Shown: one piece after another, positions 45,899 to 56,300 of the stretch
Layout: every line of letters begins with the position of its first letter
How positions within the stretch are numbered: the stretch's first letter is position 1
DNA from: Alphaproteobacteria bacterium
GTDB taxonomy: Bacteria > Pseudomonadota > Alphaproteobacteria > Rs-D84
Length of the DNA: 64,000 nt
Direction: 5' to 3'
NCBI GenBank assembly: GCA_017471445.1
Contig: JAFUTJ010000018.1
Span: 10,871-74,870, forward strand
The notes under the pieces: generated by a model
What the model saw: only the letters and a program-made list of their open reading frames with translations
Told to the model about the DNA's origin: nothing
The model's database searches: none
Translations under genes and position numbers: made by a program

Positions 45899-47731
45899 AT
45901 GGTAAAAGTACGCAAAAAAACGGCGGCAGCCCCGGTTGACACGCCAAAGCAAAAAAAAGTTGCGCACACAGAAAAAAAATCGCCCCGTCGTCCGACACCA
46001 ATCGCAGATATGCCGACGCACGAATCTGATAAAAATGATGAAAAAATCTATTTCATGGCATTGGGCGGTTTGGAACACATCGGCCAAAATATGTACCTGT
46101 ATAAATACAAGGGCAAATTTTTGGTCGTTGATTGTGGTATGGGTTTCTTGGAAGAAGAAATCGGCGCGGGTGACGTTCAATACTGTGACACAACATGGCT
46201 GGAAAAGCGCAAGCGCGACGTTGTTGGCTTTGTCATAACACACGGTCACGAAGACCATATTGGCGCATTAAAGTTTATATGGCCAAAGTTCAGAAAGCCA
46301 ATTTACTGTACACGGTTTCCGGCGGAAATATTGCGTCGTACGTTTGCAGGGTTGGAAATGGATTTTGACCCGAATAAAGATATTGTTGAATTTGACCACC
46401 ATGGCGCAACACTGGATTTGGCCCCATTTACCGTTGAAACGTTCCATGTTTCCCATTCTGTACCAGAGGCGCAGATGTTAATCATCAAAACACCCGCAGG
46501 AAAAATCCTGCACACAGGTGACTGGACATTCAATGATGATAACCCAGTAGAAGACCCAACAGATTTTGCGCGACTGCGCGAAATTGGCTCAGACCCAAAA
46601 TTATTGGCATGCGTCAGCGATTCAACATCTGCATCGCGCCAAACCAAACAAACGACCGAGGTTCAGGTTCGCGATACCCTGACCGAAATTATGAAAAATG
46701 CACCCGGGCGTGTTTTGGTTACGGGGTATTCACGGTCACTGGCACGCATGAAAATGTTTGCCGCCGCCGCGCACGCCGCGGGCCGCGTTGCCGCAATCAA
46801 AGAACGCAGCAATCCGAACCCGGTACCATATGTGGGGCTGCCGGAATTTCGTGAAATGGGTATTGATATGGGTTACCTGAACAAGGATGATGTATATCTG
46901 CACAGTGATATTTGCGATTTGCCCGCGGAAAAACAGGCCATATACCTGACGGGTTCCCAGGGCGAAAAATACGCAATGTTAACGCGCCTATGCCATGGCC
47001 AGGTCAAAGAATTAAAATTACAACCAACCGATACCGTACTGTTCAGTGCGATTATAATCCCAGGCCGTGAACAAGACGTATCGTTCTTGTATAACAAATT
47101 GGCACGTATGGGTGTTCGCACGCACACGATATTTGATACAGACGACCTGCATGCCAGTGGACACGCCGGTCGCCCGGAATTTGAACGATTCTATGACATG
47201 GTTCATCCCCAGGTTTCAATCCCAATGCATGGCGATTATATAAACGAAATGCTGAATGGAAAAATGGCAATGGAACGCGGTGGTGCAAAACATATGATGG
47301 TTGTCCACAACGGTGAAATGATTGCACTGGCCGATGGTGCGGAACCGTATGTGTGCGAAACAATTGATGCGCGTTTTGTTGTGATGGAAGGCGAAACCGA
47401 ACGCAGTGCCGATGACCCAGTATACAAGAACCGCAAGAAAATTGCCGCCAATGGTGCCGTGTTCGTGACATTGCCGGTCGACAAACGCGGGTTCTTAAAA
47501 GGCACGCCAGAGGTTTCATCGGCCGGTATATTCGAAAGCGACGAAACCGGATTCATGAAGCGTCAGATTCAGATTGAAATCACGCGTGCGGTTGATGCAT
47601 TAACCAAGACCGAACGCAAAGACCGGGCAAACTTGGTTCGTGCGGTCCAGGCTGCATCAAACAAGGTCGTACGTGCATCATTGGGGGCGGACAAAAAACC
47701 GCAATACAGTGTGCACTTTGTGCAAAAATAA
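45899..47731 (+). CDS. rnj: ribonuclease J with Lys-rich N-terminal extension
   Basis: Metallo-beta-lactamase HGHEDHIGAL, beta-CASP region, 610 aa. Confidence 0.85.
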   Translation: MVKVRKKTAAAPVDTPKQKKVAHTEKKSPRRPTPIADMPTHESDKNDEKIYFMALGGLEHIGQNMYLYKYKGKFLVVDCGMGFLEEEIGAGDVQYCDTTWLEKRKRDVVGFVITHGHEDHIGALKFIWPKFRKPIYCTRFPAEILRRTFAGLEMDFDPNKDIVEFDHHGATLDLAPFTVETFHVSHSVPEAQMLIIKTPAGKILHTGDWTFNDDNPVEDPTDFARLREIGSDPKLLACVSDSTSASRQTKQTTEVQVRDTLTEIMKNAPGRVLVTGYSRSLARMKMFAAAAHAAGRVAAIKERSNPNPVPYVGLPEFREMGIDMGYLNKDDVYLHSDICDLPAEKQAIYLTGSQGEKYAMLTRLCHGQVKELKLQPTDTVLFSAIIIPGREQDVSFLYNKLARMGVRTHTIFDTDDLHASGHAGRPEFERFYDMVHPQVSIPMHGDYINEMLNGKMAMERGGAKHMMVVHNGEMIALADGAEPYVCETIDARFVVMEGETERSADDPVYKNRKKIAANGAVFVTLPVDKRGFLKGTPEVSSAGIFESDETGFMKRQIQIEITRAVDALTKTERKDRANLVRAVQAASNKVVRASLGADKKPQYSVHFVQK

Positions 47732-47755
47732 AAAACGCCCAAATGGGCGTTTTTA
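47731..47755. terminator. terminator after rnj
   Basis: ACGCCC-AAAT-GGGCGT flanked by A5 and T4. Confidence 0.75.
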
Positions 47756-47886
47756 TATACCCCACACCATAATATATACAAAAACAATTGTATGCTGCCG
47801 CAAACATCACTATTGCAACACATATAATGAAATGATATTCCAACCCGGATTGTTCACATACGGTGTATTAAAACAGTACGCTGTTT

Positions 47887-48297
47887 TTAATACACAAAAT
47901 TATTATCTTGCATATGACGATTTATAACCATGCGTAAATTGTTACGTGCAAATATTGACGGCATGCGGCCCATGCGCCACACTTCGCGCGCCAACGCGGC
48001 CTTGAACAATATTTTATCGGCACGGCCATCTGTTATTCCCGGAATGTTTTCAATAAAACTGGCCGGTGAATGCGGGTAAAATTTCATATACAAATGCCAA
48101 TTATACAGGTACGCAAATTCATAACCGTATTCGTTTTCCAACGTAATGAATTTATCACCCGGATTTAATCTAATTCGGCCATTTTTTTCACGCACCGCAG
48201 ATATCGGCAATACAATTTCCGACATCGGATTATATTCCATGATTATGTTGGCATGTGCATTATTAAAGGAAATGCTTGAAACACGATTTACTTTCAT
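47887..48297 (-). CDS. hypothetical protein, paralog of 48294-48695
   Basis: 136 aa. IVLPISAVREK...PGDKFI...DGRADKILFKAALAREVWRMGRMP aligns with the upstream gene product. ATGA overlap. Confidence 0.55.
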   Translation of the reverse strand: MKVNRVSSISFNNAHANIIMEYNPMSEIVLPISAVREKNGRIRLNPGDKFITLENEYGYEFAYLYNWHLYMKFYPHSPASFIENIPGITDGRADKILFKAALAREVWRMGRMPSIFARNNLRMVINRHMQDNNFVY

Positions 48298-48695
48298 TTG
48301 ATACCCCCCCGATTTTTTTGTAATTGGGCAAACATTGCCATATTAATTGAAAACCATGGTGTCGGCAACCGTCTATTTTTGGCCAGATTTCGCACCAACG
48401 CAACATTAAACCAAAAACGGTCCAAACTTCTATCGTCACGAATACCGCGAAATCGATTACCAAATGAATCTAACTCATATTCCTTTATGCCACCTGTATA
48501 ACAATAATAAATGTTGTTTCCAAAACTATACGCGGCAATTTTGCCATCACGCAATGTGTGCACGCGTATTTTATCGCCAATACTGATTTTATCACGCATT
48601 GAATACGGCAACCGAATAACAAATGCGCCATTGCATTCAACCTGTATTTCCCGATGGGATTTAATATAAATACGCTCTGCCCTGTATGTTTTCAT
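48294..48695 (-). CDS. hypothetical protein, paralog of 47887-48297
   Basis: 133 aa. VIRLPYSMRDK...IGDKIRV...DDRSLDRFWFNVALVRNLAKNRRLP. Confidence 0.55.
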   Translation of the reverse strand: MKTYRAERIYIKSHREIQVECNGAFVIRLPYSMRDKISIGDKIRVHTLRDGKIAAYSFGNNIYYCYTGGIKEYELDSFGNRFRGIRDDRSLDRFWFNVALVRNLAKNRRLPTPWFSINMAMFAQLQKNRGGIK

Positions 48696-48716
48696 TTTAT
48701 CAACTGTTACATTTCA

Positions 48717-48746
48717 TATAATAAATCCAGCACACGCTGGATTTAT
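48717..48746 (-). terminator. terminator after tsf
   Basis: 11-bp hairpin ATAAATCCAGC-N4-GCTGGATTTAT, 25 nt after the tsf stop. Confidence 0.6.
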
Positions 48747-48770
48747 TACAATGCCTATATAATACGTAAT

Positions 48771-49640
48771 TTACGCCAACATCTTGGCCACTTCATCGGC
48801 CAGATTATCATTACGCTTTTCAATGCCTTCGCCCAGTACAAAGTATGCGAACCCGGCCAATTTACCACCGGCGGATTCAACAACCTGTTTAACGGTCTGG
48901 GATGGATCCATAACAAACGGCTGTTCTTCTAATACAGATTCCGCATACCATTTGTTAATACGGCCGGCAATCATCTTTTCGGCAACCGCATCCGGTTTGC
49001 CCGCCGTTACACCCGATTCAACGAACACTTTCTTTTCGCGTTCAACCGCCACCGGGTCAACGTCGGCAATGGTCATAAATTCCGGCTTGTTCGCAGCAAT
49101 ATGCATTGCGATTTTGTTCCCAATTTCGTCAATTTTCGAATCATCGCCATTAATTGCAACAACAACACCAATTTGCCCCATACCTGGAACTAATGCATTG
49201 TGGATGTATGTAAATACCTTATCACCGGTTACCTTGGCAATACGGCGCAGATTCATATTTTCGCCAATTGTGGAAATTGTTGCCGCGATATCATCTTTGA
49301 CCGCATTTAATGTCGCATCAAAATCACCACCCAATTCGGCCGCCTTTTGTGCAACATTTGCAACCAATGTTTGGAACTTGTCATTTTTGGCAACAAAATC
49401 TGTTTCCGCGTTCAGTTCAACAACACAGCCCATACCATCACACTTCACAACGGTAACCAATCCCGATGCCGCAACCCGTCCAGCCTTGGACGCAGCCTTT
49501 ACAATACCCTTTTGGCGCAGCCAGTCCGCCGCCGCTTCGATATCGCCATTGTTTTCAATCAACGCCTTTTTACAATCCATCATACCTGCGGATGTTTTTT
49601 CACGCAGTTCTTGGATTAATTTTGCTGTTACTTCTGCCAT
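48771..49640 (-). CDS. tsf: elongation factor Ts
   Basis: MAEVTAKLIQELREKTSAGMMDCKKAL. Start trimmed from 49766 to ATG 49640. Confidence 0.9.
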   Translation of the reverse strand: MAEVTAKLIQELREKTSAGMMDCKKALIENNGDIEAAADWLRQKGIVKAASKAGRVAASGLVTVVKCDGMGCVVELNAETDFVAKNDKFQTLVANVAQKAAELGGDFDATLNAVKDDIAATISTIGENMNLRRIAKVTGDKVFTYIHNALVPGMGQIGVVVAINGDDSKIDEIGNKIAMHIAANKPEFMTIADVDPVAVEREKKVFVESGVTAGKPDAVAEKMIAGRINKWYAESVLEEQPFVMDPSQTVKQVVESAGGKLAGFAYFVLGEGIEKRNDNLADEVAKMLA

Positions 49641-49659
49641 AATTTGCCCCCCTTGGTGG

Positions 49660-50511
49660 TTATTTTGTTGCCTTGTCTGCCAATTTGCTGCGACGCGCCT
49701 CGCGTGCTTCGGCCGTCTTGGACTTTTCGCGTAATTCTTTTTCACGCATTTCGTCTTCCAAATCATCGGCGGCGGCGGCCTTCATATCAGATTCCACCTT
49801 TTTACCAGCCGCACCCCCCAGGCGTTTTTCAATCCCAGACAAAATCGCATCAACAAACAAATCGCAATACAGTTGTGTTGCACGTGCCGCATCGTCATTA
49901 CCCGGTACCGGATAATCAACCATTTCCGGATTTGCATTCGTATCACAAATCGCAATCGTCGGAATATCCAACGTTCTTGCTTCGCGTACAGCATTCATTT
50001 CACGCGGAACATCAATAACAACCATCGCCTGGGGTGTACCATGCATTTCCAAGATACCGCCAAAAATGCCGCGCAGTTTTTCAACTTCTTTGGTCATAAC
50101 GCCGACTTCTTTTTTGGTCAGTCCCAATTTATCCGCGTTTTCAATATCAGATTCCATTTTTTTCAGACGACGAATTGATTGCGAAACCGTTGTCCAGTTT
50201 GTCAACATACCGCCCAACCAACGGTTATTTACATAAAATTGGCCGCAACGTTCCGCCGCATCTTTGACAATATCTTTGGCCTGGTGCTTGGTCGCAACGA
50301 ACAAAACCTTGCCACCGGCGGCGGCAATCGCCTCTAACGCGACCAACGAACGATGCAACAACGGTGCCGTCTTGTTCAGGTTGATAATATGAATTTTATC
50401 TTTGACCCCATAAACATATGGTGTCATCAGCGGATTCCAACGACGCGTATGGTGTCCAAAGTGTACGCCGGCTTCCATTAACTGTTTCATTGTAAATGTT
50501 GGCAATGCCAT
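49660..50511 (-). CDS. rpsB: 30S ribosomal protein S2 with charged C-terminal extension
   Basis: MKQLMEAGVHFGHHTRRWNP. Confidence 0.9.
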   Translation of the reverse strand: MALPTFTMKQLMEAGVHFGHHTRRWNPLMTPYVYGVKDKIHIINLNKTAPLLHRSLVALEAIAAAGGKVLFVATKHQAKDIVKDAAERCGQFYVNNRWLGGMLTNWTTVSQSIRRLKKMESDIENADKLGLTKKEVGVMTKEVEKLRGIFGGILEMHGTPQAMVVIDVPREMNAVREARTLDIPTIAICDTNANPEMVDYPVPGNDDAARATQLYCDLFVDAILSGIEKRLGGAAGKKVESDMKAAAADDLEDEMREKELREKSKTAEAREARRSKLADKATK

Positions 50512-50700
50512 ATTCTAATCCTTTTTTCTGTTATTATACCCTCGCCTATGGGGAAATAATAAAACCGCTTTCACGGACAGAAATCCACCCACAGGTTGTG
50601 TTATTCGCGCAACGCGCGTGTCGCCATTTTGGGACAAATACATGAAAAAATCAAGCAAAAAGTAACAGAATCAAATCACATACAATTTACACACAGTGCG

Positions 50701-50729
50701 TTGACAAACGCAATTATTTGTACTATATA
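50701..50729 (+). promoter_or_regulatory. near-consensus sigma70 promoter TTGACA-17-TATATA
   Basis: Read directly. The -10 box ends 8 nt before the subtilase ATG. Confidence 0.5.
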
Positions 50730-50737
50730 TTTCAGGG

Positions 50738-52558
50738 ATGAGTGTAGTGAACAAAATCTTTGCTGTATTTTTATGTATTGCGGCATGCAATGCGGCAATG
50801 GCGGGCGATTGCACAAATCCAGAATATGCCCGCGCCCACACATTTGAGTGTAAGAAATTTGATTTTACCGGCACAACCACATTGGCTATTGGCGGCGCAG
50901 TTGCCGCCGCGGGCGGTGTTGCTGCGGCCATTGCATCAATGGGACACGGTGGTGGCGGCAGCACACCAGACGCACAACCGTATGCCGCACCAACCGCACG
51001 CACATATTACGTCGGAACCGATATTGATTCTGCAACATTATCCGCCGTACAACAGCGTTATGAATACACAAAAAACACCATTGCATACGATGAAATAAAT
51101 TTGGCGTATTCAATTGCGCGCGGATTTACCGGCAAAAATTCAACCATTGCAGTTATTGATTCTGGTAACGATACATGGCATGGACAAACCGTTGCAAAAA
51201 TTGCAGGCGGCCCAATCGCGCCAGACGCAACCATAAAAACGTATAAAGTCACCGATGCATCAATGAACTTTATCCCATATTCTGAAATCGGCGCAGTTAT
51301 ACGAACCACCGATGCAAATATATTTAACAACAGTTGGAATATCAATATGGCGGCCAGCGCAATTACCACCCGCACCCAGATTGAGAATATAACAACCCCC
51401 GAATTTATTTCTGATATTGCAAATACAGCCAAAACACGTGATGCAATATTCGTCTTTGCCGCCGGAAACAATGGTTGGGCACAAAGTGGCGCAATGTCCG
51501 CCCTGCCCCGCGTGGTTAATGAAACACGTGGTCATGTTGTAAACGTCGTTGCATTTGACACAGAAACAAATCAGTTGGCCGATTTCAGCAATGCGTGCGG
51601 CGTTACAAAAGAATACTGTATTACGGCACCGGGAACAAATATTTCGGTTGGTATTATACCGGCATCAGGTACCAGTTTTGCCGCCCCAATCGTTTCCGCC
51701 GCAATTGCCACAATACGCCAAGCATTCCCATATATGACTGCAACGCAAATAACAGAATTACTGTTTACCACCGCACGTGATTTGGGCAATCCGGGCGTTG
51801 ATGACATTTATGGTCACGGTATGCTGGACCTAGAATCCGCAACCCGTCCCGTTGGTGCACCGGTTATTGCAATAACCGAAACACAAACCGTTCCGATGCG
51901 TGCGGCGCGTATACCTGGGACAATGGCGCATAATATAAAAAACGCCGATGTAAAATTGGCGTACTTTGATAAATTTGGCCGCGCATTTAACACAAATATT
52001 GATGACAACATAAAAATACAAAATCCAGGTCGTGGATTCAGTGTGCTGCGCGATAAAAACAACAACCACATGAATATCGGCAATATTGAAATGGGATTCA
52101 TGTCATCAGATTTTTTGGCCGCATATGGGTTTATCGGCACCGATAATCGCACGTCAATGACGTATATGGCAATTAATGATTCTTTTAATATCGGCAATGC
52201 ACAAATTCATCCACGCGCACAATTTGGTATAATGCGCCCACGTCCATCCGATGATTCTATCATTGCCGACTTTTCCAATATATATACGACAACATTATCA
52301 GTTGACGCATACGTACATGATTTTCATTTTGGTATTTCTGCACCAGACATGATAACAAACGGTTACATGAAAATGCACGTCGCAACCGCCCGCGCAAACA
52401 CCGGCGAAATATTGTTTACAAATTACAATGTACCAATGCGGTCACGACCATCAATTGAATATTCATTAGGCTATAAATTTATAACCGCGGCATTTGTCGA
52501 CAATCCATATGGTTCAGATGAATTTTATGTAATTGCGAAATCAAAATTGCGTTTCTGA
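50738..52558 (+). CDS. subtilisin-like (S8) serine protease with C-terminal beta-barrel (autotransporter-like)
   Basis: Asp IAVIDSG, His WHGQTVA, Asn NNSW, Ser SGTSFAAP. C-terminus ends KSKLRF. Confidence 0.8.
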   Translation: MSVVNKIFAVFLCIAACNAAMAGDCTNPEYARAHTFECKKFDFTGTTTLAIGGAVAAAGGVAAAIASMGHGGGGSTPDAQPYAAPTARTYYVGTDIDSATLSAVQQRYEYTKNTIAYDEINLAYSIARGFTGKNSTIAVIDSGNDTWHGQTVAKIAGGPIAPDATIKTYKVTDASMNFIPYSEIGAVIRTTDANIFNNSWNINMAASAITTRTQIENITTPEFISDIANTAKTRDAIFVFAAGNNGWAQSGAMSALPRVVNETRGHVVNVVAFDTETNQLADFSNACGVTKEYCITAPGTNISVGIIPASGTSFAAPIVSAAIATIRQAFPYMTATQITELLFTTARDLGNPGVDDIYGHGMLDLESATRPVGAPVIAITETQTVPMRAARIPGTMAHNIKNADVKLAYFDKFGRAFNTNIDDNIKIQNPGRGFSVLRDKNNNHMNIGNIEMGFMSSDFLAAYGFIGTDNRTSMTYMAINDSFNIGNAQIHPRAQFGIMRPRPSDDSIIADFSNIYTTTLSVDAYVHDFHFGISAPDMITNGYMKMHVATARANTGEILFTNYNVPMRSRPSIEYSLGYKFITAAFVDNPYGSDEFYVIAKSKLRF

Positions 52559-53266
52559 TTCAATAATCATTTGTTCTTCGGCAATCATCTCTCGCATGGC
52601 GATTTCACGCGCCGTCGCCAATTCTATTTCTGATATGCGTGTTGCAGTTGTACGACCGTGACCGTCGGTTTCGGTGCGAATATCACTGTTGTCAATAAAT
52701 CGCGCAATGGTATTACGATGTACGTGTAACCGGCGCGCAATTTGCTTTCGTGTGCGCCCATCGTTCAGACGTTGAACAATATAATCTTCGCGACCAATTA
52801 ATTTATGATTTATCACACCAGATGGTCGCCCCAGGCAAATACCTTCGCTTTTGACACGCGCCAATGCCTCTTTGGTGCGTTGCGATATTAAATTACGTTC
52901 AATTTCCGCAGATAATCCAAACGCAAACGCCAAAACTTTACTGGTGATATCGGCCCCCAATCGATAATTGTCTTTTATTGTCCATATTTGGGCACCGACA
53001 TTCATACAGTGGTGCAAAATGCTCATAATTTGTAATAAATTCCGCCCCAGGCGTGATAATTCTGATGCAATAATTAAATCATCGCGACCAATACGCTTAA
53101 TCAGCCACCCCAGTTTTCGTTTGTTCAGATCTTTGGTTGATGAAATTGTTTCTTCTACCCACATGTCGATAACGATTTCTTGGCGGTCACAAAATTTTTT
53201 AATCTCGAAACGCTGGTTTTCAGTTGTTTGATGGTCTGTTGAAACACGTATATAGCCATATACCAC
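52541..53266 (-). CDS. serine recombinase (resolvase/invertase family), full length, with ~50-aa C-terminal tail
   Basis: MVYGYIRVSTDHQ catalytic Ser motif. HTH RKQIARRLHVHRNTIARFI. 3' end overlaps the subtilase 3' end by 18 nt. Confidence 0.85.
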   Translation of the reverse strand: MVYGYIRVSTDHQTTENQRFEIKKFCDRQEIVIDMWVEETISSTKDLNKRKLGWLIKRIGRDDLIIASELSRLGRNLLQIMSILHHCMNVGAQIWTIKDNYRLGADITSKVLAFAFGLSAEIERNLISQRTKEALARVKSEGICLGRPSGVINHKLIGREDYIVQRLNDGRTRKQIARRLHVHRNTIARFIDNSDIRTETDGHGRTTATRISEIELATAREIAMREMIAEEQMIIESETQF

Positions 53267-53361
53267 GATTTTGCTCCTTTTAATTTTTTTTTAGTGTTGT
53301 TATGAATAAAAAACTTGCTTTTTCGGTATGCGAATCTAACATATGCACGAAAGGGAAAATT

Positions 53362-56300
53362 ATGAAAAAATTCTGGAAATTTATCGTAATCGGTATCTGT
53401 ATTATCGTAACTGCATGTGTTTTTATGTTGCGCAATAATCACAATGCAGACATATCGGTATTTGATTTAGATGTCGGCACGCCAAATATTGAACGTTTTG
53501 ATGATGACGCATCCGCGTTTATCGGCAATGACGGATTACCAGACATAAATAATAACCGCAAAATATTGGGCAATGGCGAATTGGTTATTAACTATCAATG
53601 GGTGGCCGGGCCGTATGCGGGCGCACTGCGCGATAATTTGTCGGATTCTGATATTGCAAATGGCGTAAAAATTTCACCATTTATTCCGGGTAAATGGAAT
53701 CGTGTTGGACCAAATACGTTAATATTTTCACCAACCACACCGTGGCCGGCGAATCAAAAATTTCGCGTTTCGGTTTCACCGCGCATGACAAACCGCGATA
53801 TGCGTATAAAATCACACCATAAATCTTTTACCACCGAACAAATTATTGCAAAAATTGATGGCTTTAATATTTACCCGGCACCGAACACGCCGGGGCACGT
53901 TGTTGCTGTTGGAATTATTTCAACCAATTGGCCAATTGCAAACACGCCAATTGATGACCGTATAACAATTCGCCATAACGGCAAATCAATTGATTTCACA
54001 ACCAAAATGGACAGATTCCGCAAGACAATTATCATAACATCATCGCCAATCGCGGTGACCGATGTTGCGCAACGCGTTCGTATCACTGTTCGCCCATTAA
54101 ACGCCGCCAATGGCGACGCACACACAAAAAAATTATCAGCAAATGCAACAATTGAATCCACCGATAATTTTTTCAAGGTATCAAAAATTGATGCAACGGT
54201 TGCCGACGATGCGCGTGGCGACGCACATCAAATCATCTTGCTGAACCTGACGGCGGCAGCACAAAATGGCACAAAATGGTCTGATATAATAAATGCGTAT
54301 TTATTACCAGAATTTGCCGACGATAGTGATACCGACACACCACATGAATGGAAAACAGACGAAGTAACGTCCCAGGTAATAAAAAAATCCGCGCCAATAA
54401 AACTGATGCCGATGAATATTGCCACACCAAATGGCGTACACCAATATGCGTTTTCTTTTGACGCGCCAATTCGCAATTCGCGTCAAATGTTTGTGTCTGT
54501 TAATCCCGGTGCACGGTCATCCGGCGGTTTCACCATGAAAAACGCCATTTCACGCGTTATGGATATTCCATATCCACCGCGCAGTGTCAACATCACGGGT
54601 CGCGGCGCATTATTGGCCATGGGGGGAAATCGCGAAATTACAATTACGGCACGCGGCGGCGTTGATATGGCGTATGTAAACCTGTATAAGGTTGCAGCAT
54701 CGGAAATAAACCATTTAATATCGCAAACTTATAATGTATTTGCCCAGAATTTAGATTTCCGGGATTGGTCGTTTGGCGCATATGACATGGCAACCGTTTA
54801 TCAGAAAAAAGTTCCGTTTGCCGACACATCCATGACGCGAACAAATTATGCATCTGTCAACTTAGGTGACTATTTGGACCGTGATGCACGCGACAAAACA
54901 GGTATATTCATTGTATCTGTTGCGCCCGACGCGAATGCCGCCGAATATGCAGACAAGCGTTTAATTTTAATGACAAATCTGGGATTAATACGCAAACAAA
55001 ACCTGGACGGGACAACCGCATTATTTGTATCAAACCTTAGCATTGGCGGTGGCGCAGACGATGTTGAAGTTTCTGTCTTGGGGCGCAATGGTCGTGCAAT
55101 CTGGGCGGGCCGTACCGATTCCAACGGACATGTTGACATCCCCAAACTGGATGCCGATGAATACAGGAATGAAAAAGAACCAGTGGCAATTGTTGCACGC
55201 AGTGGCGACGACGTTTCTTTCATTCCATACGATTCTTATTCAACACATGTTGAATATTCACGGTTTGATATTGACGGAACATATGACACAAACACAAATC
55301 CAATTAGTGCATATGTATTTTCAGACCGTGGAATATACCGTCCGGGCGAATCCGCTGTAATTGGCGCAATTGTAAAAAATCGGTCTTTTACGCCGATGGA
55401 TGGCATTCCGGTAAAGATTACGGTTACCGATTCTCGTAATCGCGACGTTTATGAAAACATTATGTCTTTGACATCGGATGGTATGATTGATGCGAAATAT
55501 AACATACCAGACACGGCGACAATCGGTGAATACATGGTACGCGTATATTCATTGAACAATAAAAATCGTGAACAAGACATATTGGGCACAACAACAATTC
55601 GCGTTGAAGAATTTGTCCCCGACACAATGAAAATATCGGCCACCATAACCGGTGCCGGCACCGACAGTTGGATTGAATCGCAAAACATAAACGCAACGGT
55701 TGCAATGCGTAATTTATTTGGCACACCGGCAACGAATCGCCGCATCAGTGCACGCGCCGTCCTGCGACCAATTGACTTTACATTTCCACAATATGCCGAT
55801 TACACGTTTACAACAAATTATATTGGCGGAACAGGACTGGCAGAAAATACAATTACGCGTACCCAAACGCTAACAACAAACCCGGCCGATACAACAACCG
55901 ACGAATTTGGGAATGCGATTTTACCAATTGTGTTTGATGGCGTGCCGGTTGACGGGACGTATATGTTGACCCTGAATATAAATGGGTTTGTGGATGAATC
56001 GGGCAAAAGTGTCCAAACAACAATTACATCACGCGTATCAGATTACAAATATTTGATTGGGTGGAAATCGAATTCTGGTTTATCATATATTAACCGCGAT
56101 GACGCACGCAATATCCACTTTATCGCATTGGACGCAAATGCAAATATAACAAACGTATCTGATTTGACCGTGCGTATGATACGGCGTGAAAATTTAACCA
56201 GTTTGATAAAAGATTCCAATGGTTATTACAAATACAATACCGTCACCCGCGATAATGTTATTGCCGAACGCCCGTTTGCAATTGGTGATGCTGGTGCACG

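Noticed and set aside
48784-49734. 316-aa plus-strand ORF
   Set aside because: Exactly antisense to tsf. Its Ser/Ala/Thr-rich low-complexity product has no start context. The tsf frame has an unmistakable EF-Ts sequence.
52480-53361. Inverted repeats that would define an invertible segment or transposon around the resolvase
   Set aside because: None found by eye. This needs a computational search.
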